From Dissulfuribacterales bacterium (GTDB lineage Bacteria; Desulfobacterota; Dissulfuribacteria; Dissulfuribacterales; DYLC01): a stretch of 64,000 nt of DNA. The position numbers were made by a program, and so were the translations under genes. Location: assembly GCA_041287365.1 (NCBI GenBank), contig JBEULL010000030.1:11782-75781 (forward strand). Reading direction: 5' to 3'. Positions 52,604 through 63,333 of the stretch are shown piece after piece. Every line of letters begins with the position of its first letter. Positions within the stretch are counted from its first letter, which is position 1. The notes beneath the pieces are model-generated. The model was not told the origin of the DNA. It did not search any database and saw only the letters and a list, made by a program, of their open reading frames with translations.

Positions 52604-53380
52604 AGCATGATTCAAACCGTTGCCGTTGAAATGCAGATGCGTCAACAACTCCACAGGACAGACCTCTTTGGCAGGACATTTGAACGAAGATACAGGGCCT
52701 CCTCTTTCGGGAGAGACATGGAGATAAAGGGTATGGTTAACACAGGCTATCCGTTTGATGCCCTTGGAAAAAAGGTCCAAATCATGACTCACCATGACCA
52801 GAGTGGTTTTCCTGTTGATATCGGCGAACAACTCCGTAAATTGCATCTTACCTTTTACGTCGATATTGGCCGTTGGCTCGTCCAGGAGCAGAATTTCGGG
52901 TCTGTTAACCATTGCCCTGGCCAAAAGCGCCCTCTGCACCTGGCCGCCTGAAAGCTCTTCCATTCCGGCTTTTTTGCATTCTGCCAGACCGGTCAACTCC
53001 AGCGCCTCTTCAGCGGCACGGCGGTCATTTTTATCATAACCTCTTACAAAAAAACCGGATTTGAGACGACCGCTCAAGACCATATCAAACACGGTGATAG
53101 GAAAGGACGTGTTATACGAAGGCCTTTGCGGCATATAACCGATTTTTGAACGCGCCTTTTCCGGTGGCATGCCAAACACGGTCACAGTCCCCTTGGATGG
53201 GGATACAAACCCGAGAATGAGCTTGAGCAGTGTGGTCTTGCCACCTCCATTCGGCCCCACTACAGCCAGAAAATCCCGAGAAGGCACTGCAAGATTGATG
53301 TCTAATAGAATGGGTGTCTGCCCATAAAAAAAACAGACATTCTGAAATGCTATGACCGGTTCATCAGTTAGCATTTTCAT
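52601..53380 (-). CDS. znuC: Zn/Mn ABC transporter ATP-binding protein
   Basis: GPNGGGKTT, IGYMPQ, LSGGQVQR, LDEPTANID, VSHDL. Confidence 0.93.
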   Translation of the reverse strand: MKMLTDEPVIAFQNVCFFYGQTPILLDINLAVPSRDFLAVVGPNGGGKTTLLKLILGFVSPSKGTVTVFGMPPEKARSKIGYMPQRPSYNTSFPITVFDMVLSGRLKSGFFVRGYDKNDRRAAEEALELTGLAECKKAGMEELSGGQVQRALLARAMVNRPEILLLDEPTANIDVKGKMQFTELFADINRKTTLVMVSHDLDLFSKGIKRIACVNHTLYLHVSPERGGPVSSFKCPAKEVCPVELLTHLHFNGNGLNHA

Positions 53381-54275
53381 TCAATGCCTGACCAGCCTCT
53401 CTGAGTGTCTTGAACCAATCGTAGGCCAAGGGATCCAGTGTAATAAGTCTAGCCCCGATAGCCCTTGCGATAACCTCTGCTGACCTTTTGGCAAACTGAG
53501 GCTGTACAAAAATGACCTTCAAACCCTCTTGCTGCGCCATTCGAATGAACTCTTTGAGCTGTGCAGGTTTAGGCTCCTTGCCTTCCAGTTCCACAGGCAA
53601 TTGAATCAGGCCGTACGTCTTGGCAAAATATCCCCATGCGGGGTGAAAAACCATAAATTTTCTTGGACCATGGACTGAATGAGTGCTGAATATCCTATGC
53701 AACTCTGCATCCAGCCCGTTGATCTCGCAAGACAGCCGATCATAATTGGCCTGATAGTAAGAGGCATTTTCAGGGTCCTGCCGCATCATGGCATTCAACA
53801 TATTTTTGGCCATCAAAATCGCATAGGGCGGTGAAAGCCAGACATGCGGATCTTTCAGACCTACCTCATGATGGCAATGCTCATGATCACCAGACTCTCC
53901 TGCATCTTCGTGCGTATGGGCGGCCATGTCCATCAGCTCCATTCCCTCCGTGACATCCACCACCTCGAGATTTGAATACATCGAACGGAATTTCTGCACC
54001 CACACTCTTTCAAACGGCACACGAATAGCAAAATAGAGCTGACATGCGCTCAATTTTCTGAGCTGATCGGGCTTGGGGTCATAGACGGCCGGGTTGGCGC
54101 CAGGCGGAATCATCACCTCCACAGTGACCTTATCTCCACCTATGCGATCCACAAAATACTTCTCAGGCAGGATGCTCACGGCTATCTTCAAAGGCGAAGC
54201 CCAACAGATATGCGGCAACCATCCCAGCACCAAAACAACCATGAAAATAAATAAATGCATCACATTCCCCATCAC
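53364..54275 (-). CDS. znuA: Zn ABC transporter substrate-binding protein
   Basis: VSILP, His-rich loop HTHEDAGESGDHEHCHHE, DPHVWLSP, FHPAWGYF, LDPL. Confidence 0.93.
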   Translation of the reverse strand: MMGNVMHLFIFMVVLVLGWLPHICWASPLKIAVSILPEKYFVDRIGGDKVTVEVMIPPGANPAVYDPKPDQLRKLSACQLYFAIRVPFERVWVQKFRSMYSNLEVVDVTEGMELMDMAAHTHEDAGESGDHEHCHHEVGLKDPHVWLSPPYAILMAKNMLNAMMRQDPENASYYQANYDRLSCEINGLDAELHRIFSTHSVHGPRKFMVFHPAWGYFAKTYGLIQLPVELEGKEPKPAQLKEFIRMAQQEGLKVIFVQPQFAKRSAEVIARAIGARLITLDPLAYDWFKTLREAGQALNENAN

Positions 54276-54306
54276 TATTACCTATGGCAATCAATGAATA
54301 ATACAC

Positions 54307-54349
54307 AAAAAGGGCTGCATCGGCATTATAAGCCAGAATACAGCCCTTT
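54307..54349 (-). terminator. Terminator after the porin gene
   Basis: AAAGGGCTG...CAGCCCTTT stem with a T run on the minus strand. Confidence 0.7.
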
Positions 54350-54401
54350 GAAAGCCTTCTATTTCAACGAAACGAATGTCACACCGCTTCGCATAAAGTG
54401 T

Positions 54402-56033
54402 TTAGAAGAACCAGAGCAGCTCCGCGGCCAACCTCAGAGATGGATCGTTGGAGGATTTACCCTTGTCGAAGGTCACACCGCGAGCAATGGCATTCAATGC
54501 CTTGGTGATATCTTCGGCACCAGAACCTGGGAAGATCACGGCTGCACCGCCTTTGAGTGTAACCTCCTTGTATATCTGATAGCGCAGCTCGTTGTTCCAC
54601 TCCACACCCATGAAGTTGTCAACCTTTACATTGGCCAGCTTCTGCAGTGCAAAATAGTTCTCCACCGCCTCCGGTTTGTCAAACCACATACCCATTACAT
54701 TGGTGATATATGTCCATTTCTCGTAACCTGCCTTCAGACCACCACCAAACATGACAAAGCCAGGGTTGTCCAGGGCAGCAGCGCCATTGATGCCTGCGCC
54801 CCTCACGCTGCCGTAATACATGGGAAACATACTGTAAAGTGTCTGACCGAATATGGGATTGCCGTCGTTGGAAATGCCCTGCTCGGTGCCGAAACGCGGG
54901 CTAAAGCGATCTATGCTCACTGCAGAGGCAAAGCCCTTTAACTTATTGTCGTGTGAGTCGTCATCGCCCTGCAGGTAGTATCCGCCCAGATGCGCCTCAA
55001 ATTCCTTGAGGGGCACCATCTCCTTGAGGTCGACGGCTACATCGGCAAAAAGGGCCCATGCGTCTATATCTTTGTTGGGCTTACCAGCTTCGCGATAGTC
55101 ACCGAAGGAATACACCGCCTCGAACAATGGCTTGAATATACCATAGGTAGCCTTGCCCTGAAGACCTATGAAGTGATGATCAATCTGCTTTGCGTTCAAG
55201 TGGTTGGCATCCAGAAAATAAAAGCCTTCCACATGCACATCCTTCATGACATCATAGCCCAACAAACCATAATAAAAGGTGCGGTCGGAATCCCTGACAT
55301 CAGTTGGATAGCCGATTGGGTTAACCGTATTTCCGCCATATGCATCCTTGTAGAAGCCGGCCTCCTTTTCGTCCTTCTTCAGATACCTGACATCCCAGTT
55401 GAAACCCGCCTCTTTACCGACGATTCCAATGCCCGGGTCATCATCCCCATAGACCAGACCGCCATAGCCGATATCCACGCCAAGGGCATCCCAACCGGCC
55501 TGAACACGGGAATGAAGAGCCTCCACATTGAAGGTTGCCATGAGTCTTTCGATGCCGAACTGCTGAGTGTCACGGCCATAGGCAAAGTCTGTGCGATCAG
55601 CGCTCTTGCGATCCAAAACGGTATCAGTCTCCAGGGCCATATAAACATCCCAGTCCTTACCTTTTGAGAAATTGAAGAACAGACGGTTTTCACCACGAAT
55701 ATAGCCGTCTTTGACCGCACCGCCTGCCTCTGTGAGATGCACACGTGTGCTGTCAGCACCAACACCCAATGGCCCCATAGCAGCCGCTGCCTTGGCCTCC
55801 TCCGCCGCCGTCAAATTCTGACCCAGACCAAAGTCCCTGTCCGTCTCAAGAGTGGGCACGATTCTTACCTGCGCACCCATCTTGATCTTGATGTCACCTA
55901 CTGTGGTAACCTCAACAGAGCCAGGCCCTGCAAAAGCGCTGCCTGCCATACCACCGGTCATACCAATGGCTACCATACCTCCCAAAACACCACTCAATAC
56001 ATGTTTTGCCTTGAACTGCCTGTTTTTCTTCAT
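54402..56033 (-). CDS. Outer-membrane porin (deltaproteobacterial homotrimeric-porin-like)
   Basis: Signal peptide ending AFA, many amphipathic strands, GGYYLQGDDD loop, C-terminal ELLWFF; GGAGG SD. Confidence 0.8.
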   Translation of the reverse strand: MKKNRQFKAKHVLSGVLGGMVAIGMTGGMAGSAFAGPGSVEVTTVGDIKIKMGAQVRIVPTLETDRDFGLGQNLTAAEEAKAAAAMGPLGVGADSTRVHLTEAGGAVKDGYIRGENRLFFNFSKGKDWDVYMALETDTVLDRKSADRTDFAYGRDTQQFGIERLMATFNVEALHSRVQAGWDALGVDIGYGGLVYGDDDPGIGIVGKEAGFNWDVRYLKKDEKEAGFYKDAYGGNTVNPIGYPTDVRDSDRTFYYGLLGYDVMKDVHVEGFYFLDANHLNAKQIDHHFIGLQGKATYGIFKPLFEAVYSFGDYREAGKPNKDIDAWALFADVAVDLKEMVPLKEFEAHLGGYYLQGDDDSHDNKLKGFASAVSIDRFSPRFGTEQGISNDGNPIFGQTLYSMFPMYYGSVRGAGINGAAALDNPGFVMFGGGLKAGYEKWTYITNVMGMWFDKPEAVENYFALQKLANVKVDNFMGVEWNNELRYQIYKEVTLKGGAAVIFPGSGAEDITKALNAIARGVTFDKGKSSNDPSLRLAAELLWFF

Positions 56034-56137
56034 TCTCCCTCCTGTTTTATTATCAATTGCGCCGCTTCCCTTTCCAGTTGTAAGCAACGTAATCCGTAAA
56101 GCGCTCTACCTCTATCAACGGAACAATATTACTGATG

Positions 56138-57265
56138 TTACGACATCTGCCTCACAAGGGCACGATTTGCAATGGCAACCCTTTTGGCATAGTTCTCTCT
56201 CACCGCCTGCATATCCTCGATAAACTGCTCCATCTGAGCGAAATTCAATGCCTGCTGGGAATCACAAAGGGCTGCCTCTGGCTCAGGGTGGCACTCAACA
56301 AGGATCATGTTGGCGCCGGTCACCACCCCCTGGGCCGCTGCATGAAAGATATCGAGAATGCCGTCAGAGGCCATGTCGCGTCTGCCCACTGAATGGCTTG
56401 GATCAATACAAACCGGCAGTCTCGTGAGGCGCTTAACCACGGGCACATGAATGAAATCCACCAGATTTCTGTGCGGCGCACCCAATTGGGTCTTGACGCC
56501 CCTGAGACAAAAGATGATCTTGTTATTGCCCTCGCTGGCGATATACTCACAAGCATTTAGGGACTCTTCCAGAGTGAGTCCCATGCCCCTTTTGTAGAGC
56601 ACAGGAAATTCATTCTGTGATCCCACAGCCTTCAATAATTCGAAATTCTGGGCATTACGTGTGCCTATCTGCAAAATCACACCGGTGGGTCTGCCGGCTG
56701 CCTCCAGGGTATTGAAGAGTTCTTCTATATGCTGCTCCTTCAGAACCTCCATGGCGATAGCCTTTATGCCGTATTTACCGGCCAATTCAAAAACCCATGG
56801 CAAACAGGCAGCACCATGGCCTTGAAAATCATATGGACTTGTCCTAGGCTTATAGGCGCCCATTCGGGCTGTGGTGATACCGGCGCCCTGCAAAAATCGA
56901 AAGAGCATCTCCGTATATTCAGGTGTATCCACAGCACATGGCCCTGCAACTATATGAAAGGAATCCTGATCGAAATGCAGACCCTGATACATAAAACCTA
57001 TTGGCGAGATACCTGGCTCGTGACGGCCTATCTGGCGATATTTGGTGGAGACGCGAATCACGCGCTCCACTCCGCGCATCTGCTCCAAGACATCGATAGG
57101 GATATTGTGAGTCTGGCCTATAAGATGCACCTCTACGACCGTTCTTGTCTCTCCCTGAAACTCCACCGGTTTGATTCTGACACCCGGAAATTTTTCTAAG
57201 TAGGCGTTAATATTAGCCAGTTCAGGCCCTTCTATACTGCATGTAGGCTTCAAAAATATAATCAT
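56138..57265 (-). CDS. Second, divergent DAHP synthase (type I-beta)
   Basis: AGPCAVD, AYKPRTSPYDFQG, QIGTRNAQNF, YKRG, DPSH; longer N-terminal domain. Confidence 0.9.
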   Translation of the reverse strand: MIIFLKPTCSIEGPELANINAYLEKFPGVRIKPVEFQGETRTVVEVHLIGQTHNIPIDVLEQMRGVERVIRVSTKYRQIGRHEPGISPIGFMYQGLHFDQDSFHIVAGPCAVDTPEYTEMLFRFLQGAGITTARMGAYKPRTSPYDFQGHGAACLPWVFELAGKYGIKAIAMEVLKEQHIEELFNTLEAAGRPTGVILQIGTRNAQNFELLKAVGSQNEFPVLYKRGMGLTLEESLNACEYIASEGNNKIIFCLRGVKTQLGAPHRNLVDFIHVPVVKRLTRLPVCIDPSHSVGRRDMASDGILDIFHAAAQGVVTGANMILVECHPEPEAALCDSQQALNFAQMEQFIEDMQAVRENYAKRVAIANRALVRQMS

Positions 57266-57453
57266 GCGTCTCTAACTCCATTTATTTGCGAATTTATTCT
57301 TATTTGTTAACATTTCATGGTTACAACGTCAACCCATATTGTAGAGAAAATAACCGCAATACCGTCAAATCGCCTTGGCAGAGGGCATAAACCCTGCTAT
57401 ATAAAAGCTCTCGAGTATATCTTGAGGGCATTTTTATTTGAGGAGCATATTCA

Positions 57454-57924
57454 ATGACCAGAACCCCTATCACCAAAGAAGGCTACGAACGGCTCAAAAA
57501 CGAACTGAAACAACTGGAAAAAATAGAACGTCCGACTGTCATTCAGGCCATAGCCGAGGCCCGGGGGCACGGAGATCTGTCGGAAAATGCGGAATACCAC
57601 GCAGCCAAAGAGCGTCAGGGACACATAGAAAGCCGAATTCAGCATCTGAACAAGATTTTGGCTAACTCAGAGGTAATAGACTGCACAAATCTCACCTGTG
57701 ACAAGGTCATCTTCGGGGTTCGCGTGAAATTACTCAATCTTGATACAGATGAAGAAGTCGTATATCAACTCGTAGGACCTGAAGAATCCAATATACAGGA
57801 AGGCCGTATTTCCATCTCTTCACCATTGGGCAAGGCACTGCTCGGCAAGACAAAGGGTGAAGAGATCGAATTCAGAAGTCCATCAGGCATCAAAAACTAT
57901 GAATTGATGGACATCTTCATCTGA
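57454..57924 (+). CDS. greA: Transcription elongation factor GreA
   Basis: EARGHGDLSENAEYHAAKERQ, ISISSPLGKALLG. Confidence 0.97.
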   Translation: MTRTPITKEGYERLKNELKQLEKIERPTVIQAIAEARGHGDLSENAEYHAAKERQGHIESRIQHLNKILANSEVIDCTNLTCDKVIFGVRVKLLNLDTDEEVVYQLVGPEESNIQEGRISISSPLGKALLGKTKGEEIEFRSPSGIKNYELMDIFI

Positions 57925-58387
57925 CATCATCGCTACTCCAGCCTATGGGCACACACAGGACAGGACATGGCAACAGACGAATCACCTTTTCAACAGTGCT
58001 GCCGAAAAATATTTCATCGATCATGCCACGCCCCATGCTGCCATACCCTCCCATTATGAGCATATCAGCCTGTAACTCACGGGCCTTGATCGCTATCTCC
58101 TGAAACGGTCTTCCGTAAGATATGATGGTATCCTTTATAACTTCCTGTTTTTTATATGGAATGAGAAATTTCCTCGACACTTGCTTCGCCTGATTAATAA
58201 GCCGTTCCTTCACCTTTGCAACAGGTTCCTTGATATAATTGGCAATCATCTCTGTTTCTCTGGAATCAATCACATGTATAAGAATGATTTCGGCACTCCA
58301 TGTAGCAGCCATTTTTATGGCATAGGACAATGCTGTAGCGGAACAATCGGAAAAATCAATCGGAACCAAAATCATTGAAATAGCCAT
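57917..58387 (-). CDS. Universal stress protein
   Basis: ILVPIDFS, LIHVID, ADMLIMG, FGSTVEKVIR..PCPVLCV. Confidence 0.93.
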   Translation of the reverse strand: MAISMILVPIDFSDCSATALSYAIKMAATWSAEIILIHVIDSRETEMIANYIKEPVAKVKERLINQAKQVSRKFLIPYKKQEVIKDTIISYGRPFQEIAIKARELQADMLIMGGYGSMGRGMIDEIFFGSTVEKVIRLLPCPVLCVPIGWSSDDVR

Positions 58388-58473
58388 TCATCCATCCTCC
58401 AGAAAACTAATTATCATATATTTAACCTATCCGTAACATAATAGTTGCAATTAAAAAACAAACTCGACGCATT

Positions 58474-59070
58474 TCAATGCATAAACTCTTTCTTGAAGAC
58501 ATCGACCATCAAGGCGGCATCATCGAATTGTTCCAATACAATGGCATGCTTTATATCACTTAAATAGAGCATGGCATCATCCTGCCTGTGACTTGCCTGA
58601 TTGTTCTGATTGGATTTGGACATATTCAACACATAAGCGTCCATCTCCAACAGGGCCTTTTGAAGCTGTTTTTCTTTAGCCGTCTTTACATCCGTAGCAT
58701 CCGCCAAGGCTGATTCAGTCGTTTCCTTGGCCTTTTTTGCATATAATATGGCCCTTTTATAACTCTGCTCTTTTGCATATCCTATAGCGGTATTCAATGC
58801 ATTTTCGGCTGCCTGCATCTTTTCCGGTGCGTATTTAGCTGCACCTGCATCATAAGCGCTCTGCATGGCCTGTTTGGTCTGCGCATACATTTCACGCCAC
58901 TGGTGCAATTCCTTGCCACCTGGCGTTTTTGAAATCAAAAGCTGCCATTTTTCCTGTAGTTGTCTTTTGATATCAATAGGTTGTGGAAACGTAAAACCGA
59001 TTAGTAATATAAGGATACCACACAAGCAAAAGACACATAAGAGTCGTATGAATCTTGTATACCTCTTCAT
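58474..59070 (-). CDS. Membrane-anchored helical protein, DUF4398-like
   Basis: N-terminal TM; AYDAGAAKYAPE..QAAE motif. Confidence 0.6.
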   Translation of the reverse strand: MKRYTRFIRLLCVFCLCGILILLIGFTFPQPIDIKRQLQEKWQLLISKTPGGKELHQWREMYAQTKQAMQSAYDAGAAKYAPEKMQAAENALNTAIGYAKEQSYKRAILYAKKAKETTESALADATDVKTAKEKQLQKALLEMDAYVLNMSKSNQNNQASHRQDDAMLYLSDIKHAIVLEQFDDAALMVDVFKKEFMH

Positions 59071-59075
59071 TTTCA

Positions 59076-60410
59076 CTAATGAAGATTATTAAAAATACGT
59101 TCCTGTAGCCACTTGGCGTCCCACCATTCTATAGGATTAACATAGACTCCATGAATCAACATACCATAGTGCAGATGGTCACCACCGGCCAAACCGGTCA
59201 TGCCGGTAAGTCCTATTACATCCCCCTGCTCCACCATATTATTGGCCAATGCCTTAATCTCGCTGAGATGAGAATAAAGACTGAACAGCCCCATGCCATG
59301 ATCGATGATGACCGAATTGCCATAAATACCTAGATATCCTGTAAAAACCACTCTACCTCTATTGGCAGCAGGGACTGGTGCATGCTCCAGCGATGCCAAA
59401 TCCACTCCCATATGATTTGTGACATCTACTTCCTTACCCTGATAGATGTAATGCCGCTCATCTCCGAAACCAGCCCTGAGCTGTGCGTTAGGTAGTCTTA
59501 AAAATGCCTTCTGAAACAAAAAAGCAGGCTCAGTGTGTGCAGTGACCGCACGAATCTCATCGTTGTTTTTTTGTCTGATATCTTTATTTATCTGTAAAAA
59601 CACCTCAAGAGGAGTACCTTTCAATTCAGGATAATGAGATGAAAATTCAGTAGCCTTACTGGAAATGAAATTGTCACTCAGATTGATTACATCTTTCCTG
59701 ATAAGTTTGTAAGCAATCTTATTGGGGACATTGAGCTTACTTGAATTGCCGGCTGTATCCTGGGCCTCCACAATGATATTAACGGGTGGTCTTGCATCAA
59801 ATGGCACCGCGATAAGGGCGGCGTAGTTTTTATCGGCACCGGTCTTACATGCAGGGAAAAACAACTCATTTACCCAGACCCCTGTTCTGGCAAGGGGTTT
59901 ATTGGCAGAATAGGAGACCAGACCAGCTCCTCCTGTATTGATATTGTGAAAGATACTCTTGATGGCAACAGACGGGGGTGTAAAATCAATTCTCACATCT
60001 TTTTGATATGTGGCGGCGTTGCCCTTAAAGGAATTACGCCATGAATAATCGTGCGCAACCAAAACGAGTTGGGCATCACCTTCGATAAAACCGTGTTCCG
60101 TCAGAACACCTGTCCAGTTGACCCGCACCCGTTTGACGTCCGAGCCGCGCCACCAGGACACAGATGGAAAGGTTTTGGGTTCAAATTCGATATGTTTTTT
60201 GCCCTGCGTCAAAAAACATCTCACGTCCCTTAAGCCGCGGCCCTCATCACTGACTTCCGCCTCGATATACACCTGTTTCCCCAATCTATCCTGTATAATT
60301 ACTGGCGTGATAACCGGCGGTGTGCCCTCCAATGTCAAAAAAGCGATGAAAGCGCCGCCCGACAAAATTATGAGCAAAACGACGATAACGATATAAATAA
60401 AAATTTTCAT
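59076..60410 (-). CDS. M23-family peptidoglycan metallopeptidase
   Basis: N-terminal anchor; HMGVDLA, YGNSVIIDHG, LYSHL, GDHLHY. Confidence 0.93.
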   Translation of the reverse strand: MKIFIYIVIVVLLIILSGGAFIAFLTLEGTPPVITPVIIQDRLGKQVYIEAEVSDEGRGLRDVRCFLTQGKKHIEFEPKTFPSVSWWRGSDVKRVRVNWTGVLTEHGFIEGDAQLVLVAHDYSWRNSFKGNAATYQKDVRIDFTPPSVAIKSIFHNINTGGAGLVSYSANKPLARTGVWVNELFFPACKTGADKNYAALIAVPFDARPPVNIIVEAQDTAGNSSKLNVPNKIAYKLIRKDVINLSDNFISSKATEFSSHYPELKGTPLEVFLQINKDIRQKNNDEIRAVTAHTEPAFLFQKAFLRLPNAQLRAGFGDERHYIYQGKEVDVTNHMGVDLASLEHAPVPAANRGRVVFTGYLGIYGNSVIIDHGMGLFSLYSHLSEIKALANNMVEQGDVIGLTGMTGLAGGDHLHYGMLIHGVYVNPIEWWDAKWLQERIFNNLH

Positions 60411-60621
60411 ATCACTTGCACCAAAGAGCAAAATAGAGATTAGGCATCATGGGCAAGCCAGTCAGACCGCCCAAGTCATATCCGGTATGTAATACGACAA
60501 CTCAACACACACCATGCAGAAGAGCTACAGCTACCAACAAGAATAACATGGTCCGGTTGTAAAAAACATATTTCTCAACATCCCTTAAGCAATAATACCG
60601 ACTGCCCACAAATATTGCCAC

Positions 60622-60651
60622 AAAAAAAACCGCACCTTAAACAAGGTGCGG
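60622..60651 (-). terminator. Rho-independent terminator of the alpha (rplQ) operon
   Basis: CCGCACCTT-GTTT-AAGGTGCGG followed by T8 on the minus strand. Confidence 0.9.
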
Positions 60652-60696
60652 CATGGTATTTTCTATCGATCCGAGAAAAGATCTCTATGACAAGCA

Positions 60697-61161
60697 TCAA
60701 GCATTTGCATCAGGAGAAGACGGTGTTACCTCTGAAGCAATTGGCTTAACAGGCGCTGGCTGTTTTGGGGCCGTCTGTGTAGGGACAGCCTTCTTTTTTT
60801 CTAGCGGTTCTTTTGCCAGCTCAAGTAGAGACATGGAAGCCCCATCGCCCTGGCGGCAACCTGTTTGTAGTACTCGACAATAGCCGCCATTTCTATCAGC
60901 GAATGCCTGAGCGATATCGCCAAACAAATTATTGACGGCTTTCTTGCTTTTTATAAATGCAAGCACCTGTCTTCTCGCATGGACACTACCATTTTTGGCA
61001 AGAGTTACCATTCTATCCGCCAATCGTTTAGCTTCTTTAGCCTTTGGTAACGTAGTCAATACTCTGCCATGCTCCATCAATGAGGTAATAAGATTACGCA
61101 ATACCGCTTGACGATGAGCAGTCTTCATGCCTAATTTTCGTGTTCGTGTTCTATGGCGCAT
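60697..61161 (-). CDS. rplQ: 50S ribosomal protein L17
   Basis: MRHR...KLG...HR.A..RNL, R.GGY.R, GDGA.M; low-complexity C-terminal tail. Confidence 0.97.
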   Translation of the reverse strand: MRHRTRTRKLGMKTAHRQAVLRNLITSLMEHGRVLTTLPKAKEAKRLADRMVTLAKNGSVHARRQVLAFIKSKKAVNNLFGDIAQAFADRNGGYCRVLQTGCRQGDGASMSLLELAKEPLEKKKAVPTQTAPKQPAPVKPIASEVTPSSPDANA

Positions 61162-61167
61162 ATAATT

Positions 61168-62205
61168 TTATTCCCTTTCAGCCTCTTGTTCATGATTATT
61201 ATCCGCCTTGGGAGGAGTCCATCCTTCCAATTTCATGCCAAGATGTAAATTCATATTACTCAGAATGTCTTTTATTTCTTTCAGCGACTTACGACCGAAG
61301 TTCTTTGTTTTCAACATCTCCTGTTCCGTTTTCTGCACTAACTCGCCAATATAATGTATATTAGCGCTTTTTAAGCAATTAGCCGAACGCACAGAAAACT
61401 CAAGCTCCTCTATGGAACGATTCAGGTAATCGCTTATTGCCGTGATATCGATTGCCGCCTGTTCTTCCTTTGGCTCCTGCATTTCATCAAAACATATAAA
61501 GATCGACAACTGTTCTTTCAATATCTTGGCGGCATAACCAAGCGCCTCTTCAGGTGTCACACTGCCATCAGTCCATATCTCCATGATCAACTTGTCATAA
61601 TCAGTCATCTGACCGACACGAGCCTGTGAAACAGTATAGTTGACCTTTTGCACCGGAGAAAATATGGAATCAATCGCAATAGTTCCTATGGGCTGATCAG
61701 GGTCCTTATTTCTTTCAGCAGGGACATAACCTCTTCCCCACTTGGCGACCAATTCCATATGCAACTCACCATCAGCGGAGAGGGTAGCGATTCTATGGTC
61801 TGGATTCAATATCTCCACACTGCTATTGGGAACAGCAAGATCTCTTGCATAAACTACACACGGCCCCTTCTTTTTTACTGTCAATATTTTTGGCTCATCT
61901 TGCAATAACTTCAGCCGCACTCCCTTAAGATTGAGAATAATATCAACTACATCTTCTACTACTCCCGAGAGACTGGAAAATTCATGCAATATGCCGTCTA
62001 TCTTGACAGAAACAATAGCGGCACCCTGCAAAGAAGAAAGCAAAACTCTTCTCAGGGCGTTACCTAATGTAACACCATAACCTCTTTCCAATGGCTCGCA
62101 TATAAACTTCCCATAGCGATTCGAATTATCCGGATGTTTTTCCAGTTTTTGAGGGAAAATCAAATCACGCCAATTTCTATAATTTGGAATCAGTCCATTA
62201 GTCAT
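61168..62205 (-). CDS. rpoA: RNA polymerase alpha subunit
   Basis: [38 protein letters not shown]. Confidence 0.99.
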   Translation of the reverse strand: MTNGLIPNYRNWRDLIFPQKLEKHPDNSNRYGKFICEPLERGYGVTLGNALRRVLLSSLQGAAIVSVKIDGILHEFSSLSGVVEDVVDIILNLKGVRLKLLQDEPKILTVKKKGPCVVYARDLAVPNSSVEILNPDHRIATLSADGELHMELVAKWGRGYVPAERNKDPDQPIGTIAIDSIFSPVQKVNYTVSQARVGQMTDYDKLIMEIWTDGSVTPEEALGYAAKILKEQLSIFICFDEMQEPKEEQAAIDITAISDYLNRSIEELEFSVRSANCLKSANIHYIGELVQKTEQEMLKTKNFGRKSLKEIKDILSNMNLHLGMKLEGWTPPKADNNHEQEAERE

Positions 62206-62244
62206 AAAGGGTTTATATCCTGTTACTCCAAATGTTACAGAGTA

Positions 62245-62871
62245 TTATTTTGAGTAGAACTCAACGATAAACTGCTCTTGCACAGGCATGGTGATGTCAC
62301 GTCGCTCAGGCAATGCAACCACGGAACCCTTCAAACCATCTCGATCCAACTGCAACCACTCAGGCACACCACGACGAGCCACAGCATCCAACGCCTGGGT
62401 AATAGGGGCACAAACCTTTTCCTTGTTAAAAAGCTCTATGACATCACCTTTCCTGACTAAAAAAGAGGGAATATTCACACGACGTCCGTTGACCGCAAAA
62501 TGACCGTGTCCCACCAGCTGACGCGCCTGCACCCTTGAATCAGCGAAGCCAAGACGGTATATCACGTTATCCAAACGTCTTTCGAGCAAAACCAAGAGAT
62601 TAACGCCTGTCATGCCTTTCTGTCTGTCAGCTATCTCGAAATAACGCCTGAACTGCGCCTCCAATAAGCCATAAATTCTGCGCACACGCTGTTTCTCTCT
62701 AAGACGAATACCATAATCGGAAATTTTATGTCTTGTCTGACCGTGCTGGCCAGGCGCATAAGCAGACTTCTCAAAGGCACACTTATCCGAGTAACATCTG
62801 TCACCTTTCAGGAAAAGCTTCATCCCCTCCCTGCGGCACAATCTACAACGAGCTTCAGTATATCTAGCCAA
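62245..62871 (-). CDS. rpsD: 30S ribosomal protein S4 (Cys-containing form)
   Basis: MARY...[26 protein letters not shown]. Confidence 0.99.
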   Translation of the reverse strand: MARYTEARCRLCRREGMKLFLKGDRCYSDKCAFEKSAYAPGQHGQTRHKISDYGIRLREKQRVRRIYGLLEAQFRRYFEIADRQKGMTGVNLLVLLERRLDNVIYRLGFADSRVQARQLVGHGHFAVNGRRVNIPSFLVRKGDVIELFNKEKVCAPITQALDAVARRGVPEWLQLDRDGLKGSVVALPERRDITMPVQEQFIVEFYSK

Positions 62872-62921
62872 TTTCTTTTATCCTCCAATGAACCAAAAGC
62901 CAACACATAAAAGAAGATGCA

Positions 62922-63308
62922 TTAAACACGTCTTCTCTTGGGTGGTCTGCAACCATTATGTGGTATCGGCGTTATGTCTTTGATAATCTTTACGCTCAAA
63001 CCAGCCATCTGTAAAGCCCTCAACGCTGCCTCTCTGCCTGAACCAGGGCCATTGATATGGACTTCAACGCTCCGCATACCGTTTTCAGCAGCTTTTTTGG
63101 CAGCTGTTTCTGCGGCAATCTGAGCAGCAAAAGGCGTTCCTTTTCTCGACCCCTTGAAACCCTGTGCGCCGGAACTTGCCCATGATACGGTATTGCCTTG
63201 TTTATCCGTAATGGTAACGATGGTATTATTAAAAGTGGCCTGAATATGCGCGACCCCCTCAGGCACATTCTTACGTTCTTTGCGACCCCCACGTTTGGGT
63301 GGAGCCAT
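62922..63308 (-). CDS. rpsK: 30S ribosomal protein S11
   Basis: [29 protein letters not shown]. Confidence 0.99.
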   Translation of the reverse strand: MAPPKRGGRKERKNVPEGVAHIQATFNNTIVTITDKQGNTVSWASSGAQGFKGSRKGTPFAAQIAAETAAKKAAENGMRSVEVHINGPGSGREAALRALQMAGLSVKIIKDITPIPHNGCRPPKRRRV

Positions 63309-63333
63309 AACAATTACCTCCTATAAAATAAAA

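Noticed and set aside
52301-52951. Plus-strand ORFs crossing element F as a candidate transposase
   Set aside because: They are antisense to znuB and znuC, have no DDE or HUH motifs, and F is only 154 bp.
60432-60620. Possible ~43-codon minus-strand ORF or sRNA between the rplQ terminator and the M23 gene
   Set aside because: No SD, no motif and no convincing structure; probably promoter or UTR sequence.
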